From positions 372,001 through 436,000 of the forward strand of contig CDROCS010002866.1 of the NCBI GenBank assembly GCA_977020255.1: a stretch of DNA of 64,000 nucleotides. The letters run 5' to 3'. Position numbers and translations under genes: made by a program. Below the pieces are notes generated by a model. The model was given only the letters and a program-made list of their open reading frames with translations. It did no database searches and was not told where the DNA came from. Shown here one piece after another: positions 19,578 through 29,084 of this stretch (positions are counted from its first letter, which is position 1; each line of letters opens with the position of its first letter). This DNA comes from Obrimoposthia wandeli (taxonomy: Eukaryota).

Positions 19578-20897
19578 CTAAGACTTTTCATCATCCATAT
19601 TTTTGAAGCGTTTATGCACACGGCGCGTAAAGAACCAAACTGCACCTATTACCAAAGGCACTGATCCGCCAACTAACTGTGCTTTACTGAACGGAACACT
19701 ACTTAAATCAAACGATTCAATTAGGTATTTCACTAAACCAATACTGTAATAACTGATCGCTGCAACAGATAACCCCTCTACCGTATGCTGCATCATCAAT
19801 TGTATCCCAGAACGGCGGTCCATGGATTGTAACAATAATTGATTTTGCTGTTGAATGCTCAACTCAACTTTAGTACGCATCATGTCCGATACTCTATCGA
19901 TGCGCAAAGACAGGCTCTCTAATCGATCACTCACCGCACGACAAGTGTTTACTGCTGGTGTTAAGCGCCTTGTAATAAATTCATTTAAGCTTAAGTGTCC
20001 CGACACTTCATCTTCGCGCAACTCAGCTAATCTCTTTAACACTAGCTCATAATAGGCAAAAGTGGCCGCATAACGAAAAGCAGTACGGCTCCTTACCGCT
20101 TCTATTTGAGCAGCCATTTGCGTTAACTGCGCAAGTATTTTCTGCTCTGAGAAATCACCTGCACAGGCTAGTTGATTAGTGAGTAATACCAGCTGACTAT
20201 CCATTATTGATAACTTAGCTGAATTTTCACGAGCCAGCGGCAATGCCATTAAAGTGAGCATACGATACGTTTCGATCTCAATTACACGCTGCGTTAATCG
20301 CCCTATTTGGCTATCACTCATATGTGCATTGCCAATTAAAAAGCGACCGAAACCGTCTGAGTGCAATTTAAAGGAAGTCCATACTCTTGCATCGCCATTT
20401 TGTGGGCTACTACCCACTAACCGATAGCCTTCGAAATACTGCTTAGCTTTACTTATTAACGCTTTATCTTGATCATCGATACATTGCAGTGCTATGTGAA
20501 AATTTGCCATCACAGTACCAGGTAACGATTCTATCCATCCATCTGGCAATGGGGTGAGCCCGGTCTGCTGAAAAGGGGTACTTTCAATCAAAGCTAAATT
20601 AGTAAAAGTAAAAGCGCTAAATTCTAAATGCACTTCACGGCGCACTCGAAAAGTGCTGGTTTCAAATTGTAAATTACTTTGATCTTCACTCGGCACGGGT
20701 TGTGAAAATGCTGCGAATAATTCTTGTAAGCACACAAATTGCTGCGCCTTTTGCTCTTCGTTAGATATCAGCACAAAATGCGTGATTTTTGCAGGGCAAG
20801 GGATAACTTGATAGGGCCTAGAATGCATTTCCTCGTAGAGTGACTCCAACAAAGGATGATATTGAATACCTGATATTTTCATCTGCAGATCTTGCAT
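19578..20897 (-). CDS. DUF3422 family membrane-anchored protein
   Basis: EEMHSRP N-terminus, GRLTQRVIEIETYRMLTLMALP, QHTVEGLSVAAISYY plus two C-terminal TMs. Confidence 0.85.
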   Translation of the reverse strand: MQDLQMKISGIQYHPLLESLYEEMHSRPYQVIPCPAKITHFVLISNEEQKAQQFVCLQELFAAFSQPVPSEDQSNLQFETSTFRVRREVHLEFSAFTFTNLALIESTPFQQTGLTPLPDGWIESLPGTVMANFHIALQCIDDQDKALISKAKQYFEGYRLVGSSPQNGDARVWTSFKLHSDGFGRFLIGNAHMSDSQIGRLTQRVIEIETYRMLTLMALPLARENSAKLSIMDSQLVLLTNQLACAGDFSEQKILAQLTQMAAQIEAVRSRTAFRYAATFAYYELVLKRLAELREDEVSGHLSLNEFITRRLTPAVNTCRAVSDRLESLSLRIDRVSDMMRTKVELSIQQQNQLLLQSMDRRSGIQLMMQHTVEGLSVAAISYYSIGLVKYLIESFDLSSVPFSKAQLVGGSVPLVIGAVWFFTRRVHKRFKNMDDEKS

Positions 20898-20911
20898 AAG
20901 TAATGCTCTAG

Positions 20912-21286
20912 TTAGCTGTCGTTTTCATGAATATTAGCTGTCATTATTTGCTGTACCGATAAATCAAACGTCATCACGTTAGTTTGCAATTCAAACCAAT
21001 CTTCAAAATGAGCCTTTGTAAGCTCGGGCCAATAATCACCAAACTCATCCCAGGCACTTAGCTCATTTTCAAACATTTTTTGCCAATTCGCAGCTAACAT
21101 TTCATCAAAATCTGTTTCTTGAGCCACTTCATCAATAAGATACACACTGCCCGCTTCACGCAATTGCGCAAGACTAAGCATTTCATAGCCATCTTCGCTG
21201 CTTATTTTTCCCTCTAAGCTGGCAACCCATTGTGCGAAAGGCGCCTTTGCAAGTAAAGTAAAGCTAGATCTGTTCAGTAATTTCAT
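20912..21286 (-). CDS. Conserved acidic hypothetical protein
   Basis: 124 aa, co-oriented with the DUF3422 gene (14-nt gap); MFENELSAW / WP / FEDWF pattern. Confidence 0.7.
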   Translation of the reverse strand: MKLLNRSSFTLLAKAPFAQWVASLEGKISSEDGYEMLSLAQLREAGSVYLIDEVAQETDFDEMLAANWQKMFENELSAWDEFGDYWPELTKAHFEDWFELQTNVMTFDLSVQQIMTANIHENDS

Positions 21287-21629
21287 TGTTATACTCTAAT
21301 TCCAAGTCTTTATTGATGGTTCAGGCACATGGGTAACGGGCCTTATAAACTGACGATTAATACAGATATAAATAGCAACTAACCTCATTATGACGCTTTT
21401 CATACATTATGAAATATATAATGAATTTTGTTAATCGAAATGCTACATTTGCCTATCTGTAAAGGCATTTAATGGCATTCTGCAAAAGAGCGCTATCATA
21501 AATAACAGCTGTGCATAGATGAAATAATTACCATTAAGCATCAGCTGTTTTCTTGTTGCTGCATACTTCTACAATCACTTTCATAACGGCCACTGGTTTA
21601 GCATTAATCAAATATATGATTTTAAATCG

Positions 21630-22340
21630 ATGAAAATCCCAATTTTACCCGCCCTTGAAACACAGCAGCAGTGGCTAAGCTTTAGCGCGCAGCAAATACC
21701 TTATGCCTATGTGAGTTCACCGCTAACATTAGTTGACTTTCAAAGTACTTTTATACAAATAACTGATATTAACAAAAATTTGCGCGATGGGCGCCAAGCA
21801 CAAAAATTTAGCGTAGGTGCTCGCAAATCAAGCTCTGCTGCATGGCAATTAATTGAAAAGAATCAATGGAGTTTAAGGCGATTAATGGCCGGTTTGAATG
21901 ATTTAGAATTTACGAGTAACGTTAGAGATAATTCAGCCTTAAATGCTCATGGAGAAATAACACTTAGGCAGTCTTATGCAAAAGAAAAATGTGTTATTTC
22001 ACCTTTGCTCTTGCAACCACTAACGCCACTTGTAGTATTACCTAAAGCATGGTTTTTACAGGATATTAAGCGCTTACTTAGCTGCGAGCAATACAGTGAT
22101 GTAAAATGGCTGAGCCAAGACCCAATGCTTAATTCATGCAGTGCTGTGTTAATGCAACTGATCAGCCACCCGCAAGGATGGCGAATTGATCATCAACAAG
22201 AGCTGTTAGTTTTAAGCCTAAAAAAAGTTTTTATAATGCGTTTCCGCCCTGTGATTGAAGCGCCTCTAAGTACACTTATTACTTTAAATACCTTTCAAAA
22301 AGACACAACCGCTCTTTCTTTAACTCAAAGTCCAAGTTAA
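21630..22340 (+). CDS. Hypothetical protein
   Basis: 236-aa open frame in an otherwise empty interval; no recognised motif. Confidence 0.6.
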   Translation: MKIPILPALETQQQWLSFSAQQIPYAYVSSPLTLVDFQSTFIQITDINKNLRDGRQAQKFSVGARKSSSAAWQLIEKNQWSLRRLMAGLNDLEFTSNVRDNSALNAHGEITLRQSYAKEKCVISPLLLQPLTPLVVLPKAWFLQDIKRLLSCEQYSDVKWLSQDPMLNSCSAVLMQLISHPQGWRIDHQQELLVLSLKKVFIMRFRPVIEAPLSTLITLNTFQKDTTALSLTQSPS

Positions 22341-23276
22341 ATGCTTAGCATTTTGTAGTAATATAATTTTATCAATTTTAATATGAATTAAGCGCATAAC
22401 CGTTTGAGCGGATTCTGCTTGCGGTTTTGATTGTACTAAATCCCAATCTACTCGCGCTTGAGCGGTGATTTGCAGTAAACTACCTGTAGTAAAATCGACA
22501 AATAACAAGCCTATTTTAGGGTTCAGCATAATATTTCCAATGGTATTAAAAAAATTATTGCCGCGATAATCAGGCAGTATTAACTCTTTATCATTCACGA
22601 CTTTAACAAATCCTGTTTTGCCTCCTCGATGAGATGCATCCATCGCACTAAATCTTTCATCAACAATTGATTGGCTATAGCCACTGCCAATAAATAATGT
22701 GTCAGCACTCGCAATCCATTGTTGCATAGAATCTGTTAGCTGTTGATGAGCTTCAACTTTTAATGGCTGTTTTCGCCTAATCTGCCAGCTTCTTGGCGAA
22801 ATGTATTGTGGGCAGTTACCAAAGGATTGAGACACTTTAAATAACATTGAATTGCTGTTCACTTCAGATAGAGTGCCGTTGGCTCGGTTACGGCGCTTAC
22901 TTGCCAATTCAATACCAATTAACCCAACACAGGCACCATTAACAAGAGATTTCTCTAGCGCATCACCTGGGGTTAATTGAGTGGTGAATCGCAAATGGTA
23001 TTCATCATCAGAAGTTATAAAACTAGCCTGTGGAGTGGCTGTCTTTTCTGTTAATTGATTCCCCGTAAGCATAGTCACCCACGGCAAGCCATTTTCATCA
23101 CAAGCCGCAACAATAATAAAAGGTAGCTGACTATAAAAATCTCGGTGTTGTTGCAGTAAAAAGGGCCGAATGAACTTTTTACCTACTTCTGCCATTTTCT
23201 CATGCATGCCTACACGTGTTTGTGCTGCAATCTCTCCTTTATGAAAAGGAGTTTCACTAACTAAGCAATTACTCAT
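22320..23276 (-). CDS. Pyridoxamine 5'-phosphate oxidase family FMN-binding protein (two split-barrel domains)
   Basis: TPFHKGE start region (ATG 23276; track 23369), RRNRANG, NCPQYI, DASHRGG, PDYRGNNFFNTIGN. Confidence 0.87.
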   Translation of the reverse strand: MSNCLVSETPFHKGEIAAQTRVGMHEKMAEVGKKFIRPFLLQQHRDFYSQLPFIIVAACDENGLPWVTMLTGNQLTEKTATPQASFITSDDEYHLRFTTQLTPGDALEKSLVNGACVGLIGIELASKRRNRANGTLSEVNSNSMLFKVSQSFGNCPQYISPRSWQIRRKQPLKVEAHQQLTDSMQQWIASADTLFIGSGYSQSIVDERFSAMDASHRGGKTGFVKVVNDKELILPDYRGNNFFNTIGNIMLNPKIGLLFVDFTTGSLLQITAQARVDWDLVQSKPQAESAQTVMRLIHIKIDKIILLQNAKHLTWTLS

Positions 23277-23325
23277 ACATCCCCTTCTTCTGCATTTGAT
23301 GTATTTTGCTAATAGACGTTTTGTT

Positions 23326-23727
23326 TTAAACAGCGATGAGTTCAAGGCGTATGTTGCTTGGTATTGCACACATCATATGCTGCAAACCGCTTTCACCTAA
23401 TGCCTCTGGCTTAAATTCGATACTCACATCTGACCTAAGACTTAATTGTTCATAAACCTCTTCTAAATCAACATTTGGTGCTAGGCGCAGAGCAAAGTGA
23501 TGCAAACCTATATTGGCTTTGCGGTTAAAACCGGCACCTTCTTCTTGTATTTGCCATAGCGTTATCATCACAGAGCCATCACTAATAAAAATAGCCGGAT
23601 ACTCAGGCTTTTCGCCTACTTCAACAAACCCTAAAGCATCGACAAAAAAGGTACTCGCGGCCTTCACATTCTCTACTGTTAATCCAAAATGATGGATTCC
23701 TTGAGTTTTTGCATTTTCATTCGACAT
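23326..23727 (-). CDS. VOC (glyoxalase/bleomycin resistance) family protein
   Basis: GIHHFGLTV, GLHHFALR, C-terminal RLELI. Confidence 0.9.
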   Translation of the reverse strand: MSNENAKTQGIHHFGLTVENVKAASTFFVDALGFVEVGEKPEYPAIFISDGSVMITLWQIQEEGAGFNRKANIGLHHFALRLAPNVDLEEVYEQLSLRSDVSIEFKPEALGESGLQHMMCAIPSNIRLELIAV

Positions 23728-23868
23728 GTATTTCTCCTGTTAGAAAATATTTTGCTTAAATTTAAGCAATCCCGCTGAGTGGATTTACTTAATTGTGTAT
23801 GCGACTAGTTTCGTAACCATATTGATAACAGCTACTTTGATCTCATTGCTGGTTTTTATTTCCATATA

Positions 23869-23943
23869 TAACTGCTATAAATCATCTTTAGAGGTTATAA
23901 TTGCGCAAATTGACTAACCTGTCAAGCTAGCTTATGATAGTTA
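23869..23943. promoter_or_regulatory. Two TAAC-N21-GTTA palindromes in the VOC / CGNR divergent promoter
   Basis: 23869-23897 and 23915-23943 share identical half-sites and spacing. Confidence 0.45.
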
Positions 23944-24515
23944 GTATGAAATATATCAAGCCGACCTTCTATTTTGTCGCCAATAACTTGGCGATTGATT
24001 TTGTTAATACCAAAATTCAAAAAAATCAAGCTGCACACGAGCTTATAAATAACCCAGCTGAATTTCTCCTTTGGGCTGCTGACGCTGAAGTGACAATACC
24101 CGCTAATCAGCCTGCATTTGAGATGAAGAACATTTACCACTTAAGAAGCGCACTAAAGGCTTTATTTGAAGCAAAAATGCAGGGGATCACTTTCCTTGAT
24201 CAGGATCTCGCTACCCTCAACCAACATTTAATCGATGCGCCTCTACAACAAAAACTATTACAAGCTGGCCAAGAGATACTATTGCAGCCTGTTAACTCCC
24301 AATTATCCATCACCACTTTATTGGGAGAAATTGCCTATCAGGCGTCAAAAATTTTAATCTCAGCGAATAAACAGCCGATAAAAAGCTGTGCTAGCGAAAA
24401 GTGTGTATTGTTGTTTTTAGACACTTCTCGTTCTAAGCAACGGCGTTGGTGTAGTATGGATTTATGTGGAAACAGATCAAAAGCGGCAGCGTTTTATCAG
24501 GCAACCAAACCTTAA
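23934..24515 (+). CDS. ABATE / CGNR zinc-finger domain protein (putative regulator)
   Basis: LAIDFVNT N-terminus; CASEKC...FLDTSRSKQRRWCSMDLCGNR. Confidence 0.9.
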   Translation: MIVSMKYIKPTFYFVANNLAIDFVNTKIQKNQAAHELINNPAEFLLWAADAEVTIPANQPAFEMKNIYHLRSALKALFEAKMQGITFLDQDLATLNQHLIDAPLQQKLLQAGQEILLQPVNSQLSITTLLGEIAYQASKILISANKQPIKSCASEKCVLLFLDTSRSKQRRWCSMDLCGNRSKAAAFYQATKP

Positions 24516-24646
24516 TAAGCGCTATAAAGCCTCTGAATTGCTATCGCTGGATAAAGATGATTGCTAGGCTTGGAGATGATATTACCTACCCCGCATAAGG
24601 CTTACCTTCTAATAGTTTTGACTCCCTCTTATAATTTAACCAGTGC

Positions 24647-24841
24647 TTAGCGTTTCTTAGCGAAGCTGTCAGATCTCATAAGTAGTGAAATGTCGAGGCT
24701 AGGAAACATGGGCAATTTAATCCAATATGAGATTACCTTGCATAAGAAAATCTCATAAGTAATGAAATCGTTCGCGCTAATTTTATGGTTGTGTTCATTA
24801 ATCTGTAGACATTGAACTGTAACTTTGCTTTTTTTAGACAT
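24647..24841 (-). pseudogene. Possible decayed KilA-N-domain gene stub
   Basis: MSKKSKVTVQ...NDFI...VISYWIK resembles, from memory, the N-terminus of KilA-N proteins; short and degenerate. Confidence 0.33.
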
Positions 24842-24904
24842 GAAGAATCCTTACCGATAAAGTAATTCTGAGAGGAGTTCTAGATGCTATGGCGGGAAAT
24901 GACA

Positions 24905-25055
24905 CAGACTGTGTGAAAACTCCGAAATTTATGTTGAAAACACCTTTCACACGCATTTTATAAAATATCGGGCTAATAAGATCAATAACTTAGACTATAG
25001 CTGTTTTCTTAAATGCAGCTAATTAACGGTTTGATCTGAGTTTTCACACAGTCTG
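24905..25055. mobile_element. 151-bp IS1182-type MITE, copy A, inserted in a 30-bp array repeat
   Basis: TIR CAGACTGTGTGAAAACT / AGTTTTCACACAGTCTG, GACA duplicated on both sides; identical to 28916-29066. Confidence 0.92.
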
Positions 25056-25167
25056 GACACAAAGCAGACATTTTCAATTTTTCAAATATACACAAAAAAA
25101 ACCACCAACGAGGCTTTGGACTCAAAATGGCTAACCAACTAATCTATGACTGCCCTATACAAATCTC

Positions 25168-25533
25168 TTACTTGCTACACCTCTTGTCTTTATTCTTTTC
25201 TTTTTCTTCCTTAATTGTTTCCCAGATTAAAGACAAAATCAGAAGCATCATAAGTATGTAAACCAAATACACGTAATCTAATATTTTGAAAATAGTAAAA
25301 TGTTCCAAATCTCTAGCTAGAACGACTTCAAAAAAACCAAGTACTTTATCATTGTATTCACTATTTCTTTCTATAACGCTATAACTATTTACAACGTCAG
25401 CCATTTTCTGACTGACGTTTTTTTGAAATTCGAAGTCATGCTTAAAATAATCCTCAGCTATTGAATTAGCTTTATATGATAAAAATGTTATTACTATGAG
25501 TAAACTGACTAGTGATATAAGCTTTATATACAT
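25168..25533 (-). CDS. Cassette-like hypothetical membrane protein (2 TM)
   Basis: 121 aa, very AT-rich, bounded by two 30-bp repeats. Confidence 0.7.
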   Translation of the reverse strand: MYIKLISLVSLLIVITFLSYKANSIAEDYFKHDFEFQKNVSQKMADVVNSYSVIERNSEYNDKVLGFFEVVLARDLEHFTIFKILDYVYLVYILMMLLILSLIWETIKEEKEKNKDKRCSK

Positions 25534-25560
25534 ATTATTTAATACTGCTTAGAAATGAAA

Positions 25561-25590
25561 AATACTGAAATTGAAACAAAGCGGCCATTT
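25561..25590. repeat. Unoccupied copy of the 30-bp array repeat
   Basis: AATACTGAAATT-GAAA-CAAAGCGGCCATTT aligns with the reconstructed pre-insertion sites at 24889, 26148 and 28900. Confidence 0.65.
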
Positions 25591-25653
25591 TAACGTTCCA
25601 AACAGAGCCGCATGAGCTGTCCAAGCTCATTGAGTGTAAATGAACTTTATAAA

Positions 25654-25971
25654 TCATTTAAAATTCGAATTAGTATGCCAGATAAGACTAGACCAAAGCC
25701 AACCTGATACAGTGAAGGTGACCATTATTTCTTTAGAAGTTTTGAAATTTGGGGCTTTCATACAATGGAACAAAATTCTTGAATAGATTCCTTCATCGAA
25801 CTGTTTAATTGAATTCAAAGGAGCTTCATACTTATCTAACTCTACTATAAGGGAATACCACCTACCTGCTTTATAAGACAGTAGGTTTTTGGTCCAGACC
25901 TGGAATTCACTTCTTACAAATAGGTCACGTGAGAAGTTAGTCAATTCTTGTTTTATACTTTCGTTATTCAT
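25654..25971 (-). CDS. Cassette-like hypothetical protein
   Basis: 105 aa, AT-rich, starts just after the attC-like remnant. Confidence 0.7.
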   Translation of the reverse strand: MNNESIKQELTNFSRDLFVRSEFQVWTKNLLSYKAGRWYSLIVELDKYEAPLNSIKQFDEGIYSRILFHCMKAPNFKTSKEIMVTFTVSGWLWSSLIWHTNSNFK

Positions 25972-25984
25972 AACTTCAGTACCT

Positions 25985-26081
25985 ATTTTAATGCTTCTAC
26001 AGATAAAAATAATGGACTTATTTTAGCGAAAATGAAGCAAAAATCAGCTGCTATTTGTCCCGCTTGAATGGCTTGTTATTC
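25985..26081 (-). other. Degenerate attC-like site (left arm intact, right arm decayed)
   Basis: Minus strand GAATAAC-AAGCCATTCAAGCGGGACAAATAGCAG...: R''-spacer-L'' pattern typical of Vibrio/Shewanella-type attC; an upstream 20-codon frame ends at the TAA inside this core. Confidence 0.55.
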
Positions 26082-26163
26082 GTAATTTTGCCGTATCGAG
26101 ATAATTGCGTGAATATTTTTGCTGTTTATCGATTTCAATCATTCCGAAAGACAGGAAATGACA

Positions 26164-27921
26164 CAGACTGTGTGAAAACTATTGATTACCTTTTGATCTA
26201 AGCTCTAGCTCTTTATGATCGATCAATCTTAATGTTATTGCCTATTAAACCACCACTTTTAGTATAATGATATGGTCAGCTAAACCATAAGGTGAACGTG
26301 ATGGCACATCATATTTTAGGCCAGTCAAGAACACAAACAACCTTGTTCCCCGAAGTTCTTGATGACTTTGTTACTGAAGATAATTCCGTTCGAGTCGTGG
26401 ATGTATTTGTAGATGGTTTAAATCTTGAAGCACTTGGGTTTAAGCGCGTTATCGCTAAAGATACAGGTCGCCCAGGTTACCACCCAGCCATCCTCTTAAA
26501 ACTCTATATCTATGGTTATCTCAACCGTATTCAATCTTCTCGTCGCTTAGAAAAAGAAAGCCATCGCAACGTTGAATTGATGTGGTTACTGAGCCGATTA
26601 ATGCCAGACTTTAAAACAATAGCAGACTTCAGAAAGGATAATAGCAAAGGCATAAGAAGCGTCTGCCGCCAGTTTGTAGAGATGTGTCGCCAGATGAATA
26701 TGTTCAGTGAATCGCTCTTCGCTATTGATGGCAGTAAATTCAAGGCCGTGAACAACAAGTCAAAGAATTACACACCCAGCAAAGTCCAGTTCCATATTGA
26801 CCGCGTTGAGAAAAGTATCCAAAAATACTTAAGTCAAATGGATAGCAAAGACAATGATGAAGAGGATACTTCAAATACTGTATCAACCTCAAAGTTAGCA
26901 TGGCTTAAACAGCGATTAGTGGAGCTTAAAGCCCTTGAAGAAGAAGTGAATGAACATCCAGATAAGCAAGTATCACAAACCGACCCTGATGCCCGCTTGA
27001 TGAAGACACATCATATGCAAAGGCAGGTTTGTTATAACGTGCAAAGTGCTGTAGATACAAAGCACCACTTGATTGTTGCACACGATATCGTGATGACAAC
27101 TGACAGAGGCCAGCTGACTTTAGTAGCAGAGCAGGTTCAAGAAACATTATGTAAAAAAGATATCACCATTATTGCCGATAAAGGCTATTTCAGCCGACTT
27201 GATATCAAGGCGACACAAGACTTAGGCATGACGGTAAATGTTCCGCAAACCGATACATCAGGTGCGGAAAAGAAAGGTATTTTCAATAAATCGTTATTCA
27301 AATACGACAAGGGCCAAGATATCTATATATGCCCTGCGGGTGAGGCATTACCCTATCGTCGAAAAGTGACAGAGAAAGGCCTCGAACAAAAAGTTTACGT
27401 TAACTCAGCTGCTTGTCGTGATTGTACTATCAGGGATAAATGCACGACTTCATTAAAGGAGCCTAGGAAAATGAAGCGCTGGATTTACGAAGAAGAGATA
27501 GACGCCATGCAACAGCGACTCGATGATGATTCAAATATACCCGTACTAAGAAAACAAACGGTAGAGCATCCGTTTGGCACGATTAAAATGTGGATGGGTG
27601 CGACACACTTCTTAATGAAGCGCAAAAAGAATGTGAGTATAGAAATGAATTTACATGTGCTGGCTTACAACCTAAAACGCATGATGACGATAATGGGAAC
27701 AACTCGATTAATCGAAGCCTTTGGACAATAAAGGTGCTTTTAGCTTCAATTCACCTCATAAAACACCTCAAAACATCATATTTATCATTATTAGCTCACT
27801 TAAGCCTTATAAAACGAATATTACGTTCAAATATTAATATTCGATGATTAAGTCATTTGATAGGTTAAATAGCATACTGGACGATGTTTAATGCTCTTAT
27901 TCTGAGTTTTCACACAGTCTG
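26164..27921 (+). mobile_element. IS1182-family insertion sequence (1758 bp)
   Basis: 17-bp perfect TIRs at 26164-26180 and 27905-27921; flanks GACA / GGCA; single DDE transposase. Confidence 0.95.
26301..27731 (+). CDS. IS1182-family transposase
   Basis: GRPGYHP, LYIYGYLNRIQSSRRLE, IDGSKF, ADKGY, RKQTVEHPFG; ATG 26301 after AAGGTG (track 26292). Confidence 0.95.
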   Translation: MAHHILGQSRTQTTLFPEVLDDFVTEDNSVRVVDVFVDGLNLEALGFKRVIAKDTGRPGYHPAILLKLYIYGYLNRIQSSRRLEKESHRNVELMWLLSRLMPDFKTIADFRKDNSKGIRSVCRQFVEMCRQMNMFSESLFAIDGSKFKAVNNKSKNYTPSKVQFHIDRVEKSIQKYLSQMDSKDNDEEDTSNTVSTSKLAWLKQRLVELKALEEEVNEHPDKQVSQTDPDARLMKTHHMQRQVCYNVQSAVDTKHHLIVAHDIVMTTDRGQLTLVAEQVQETLCKKDITIIADKGYFSRLDIKATQDLGMTVNVPQTDTSGAEKKGIFNKSLFKYDKGQDIYICPAGEALPYRRKVTEKGLEQKVYVNSAACRDCTIRDKCTTSLKEPRKMKRWIYEEEIDAMQQRLDDDSNIPVLRKQTVEHPFGTIKMWMGATHFLMKRKKNVSIEMNLHVLAYNLKRMMTIMGTTRLIEAFGQ

Positions 27922-28010
27922 GGCACGAAGCGGACGTTTAAGAAATGGGTTAACGCTACATAAAAGATGTAGCGATAACGAATCCAGCATATTATTTTTT
28001 ATAAGCCATT

Positions 28011-28028
28011 GTGAACTGCTTGTTATAC
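28011..28028 (-). other. attC-like half site (R''-L'') overlapping the nitroreductase stop codon
   Basis: Minus strand GTATAAC-AAGCAGTTCAC; the gene's TAA lies inside GTATAAC, as in integron cassettes. No matching right arm. Confidence 0.45.
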
Positions 28029-28637
28029 ATTACCTAAACACAGTAGTGCAGATGGCTCAAGTTCTGCTGGTAGTTTCAATACAGCTTTAACCTGCTCGTT
28101 ATCGAAACCTCCAACTAATACCATGCCTATATTTAGCGCAGTCCCTTGTAGTTGTATATTTTGTGCTACAGCGCCTACCTCAATATAGTTGTATCTTTCA
28201 CCGCGCTTATTTAAAGGTGGTTGTTCAGAAAAGTGCTGATTCATAGCATTTATATTACCAGCAAGCACTATAACTGCTGCTGCTTTAGAAACCCAAGGTT
28301 GTTCCCCTAAAGCTGCCTTTTCAAGTAACTCAGAAAAGTCACCATCTTCTTGTTTTATAATAGAGTGGTCTGAGTTTTTATATAGGTATAACCCTTTATC
28401 AATATCAGTGACCCTATTAACAGAAATAAAAGTAGACAATGGGTATTGTTCTTGAGCAGATGGGGCAAGTAATTTATTGTCATCACCTCTCAAACCTTGC
28501 GCAGAGAACAATAACTGGGACAAATTAGACAAAGATAACTCATTATCTAAATATTCTCTTTTAGTTGCTCGTTGAGTCAACGCAGACTCAAGACTGACGG
28601 GGCTTATAGGGTTCTCTTTTGGTAGTATGATTATCAT
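28023..28637 (-). CDS. SagB/ThcOx-type nitroreductase family protein
   Basis: SLESALTQRATKREY, APSAQEQYP, EVGAVAQNIQLQGTALNIGMVLVGGFD; likely ATG 28637 (track 28760). Confidence 0.87.
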   Translation of the reverse strand: MIIILPKENPISPVSLESALTQRATKREYLDNELSLSNLSQLLFSAQGLRGDDNKLLAPSAQEQYPLSTFISVNRVTDIDKGLYLYKNSDHSIIKQEDGDFSELLEKAALGEQPWVSKAAAVIVLAGNINAMNQHFSEQPPLNKRGERYNYIEVGAVAQNIQLQGTALNIGMVLVGGFDNEQVKAVLKLPAELEPSALLCLGNV

Positions 28638-28915
28638 AGTATCTCTATTTCTGTATAAACGTTTCATAGGCCGAAAGTTTTCGTGTCTAAACAAGGAACT
28701 ATTGCGCCTATCATACTTCACTAATTTTTGTGATAAATCAATAATACCTTTATGATTCAATAGATCACGCCACTTTTAGAATCAAAATCTGCGGTGAAAG
28801 ACCACACGTATTCTCCTAACAAGCAAAGAAAACGTATCGGTATTTTTATAAAGAACAGCTTTTAAAAACTTGAAGTGGCCGATTTCAGCCATAGGTTATA
28901 TGGCTGGGTTTGACA

Positions 28916-29066
28916 CAGACTGTGTGAAAACTCCGAAATTTATGTTGAAAACACCTTTCACACGCATTTTATAAAATATCGGGCTAATAAGATCAATAAC
29001 TTAGACTATAGCTGTTTTCTTAAATGCAGCTAATTAACGGTTTGATCTGAGTTTTCACACAGTCTG
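28916..29066. mobile_element. 151-bp IS1182-type MITE, copy B, inserted in a 30-bp array repeat
   Basis: Base-for-base identical to 24905-25055, same orientation, GACA duplication. Confidence 0.92.
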
Positions 29067-29084
29067 GACACAAAGCAGACATTT

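Noticed and set aside
24889-29080. The 30-bp repeats as a CRISPR array
   Set aside because: Spacing is 0.5-1 kb with whole genes between repeats, and there are no cas genes. No CRISPR array was seen anywhere in the window.
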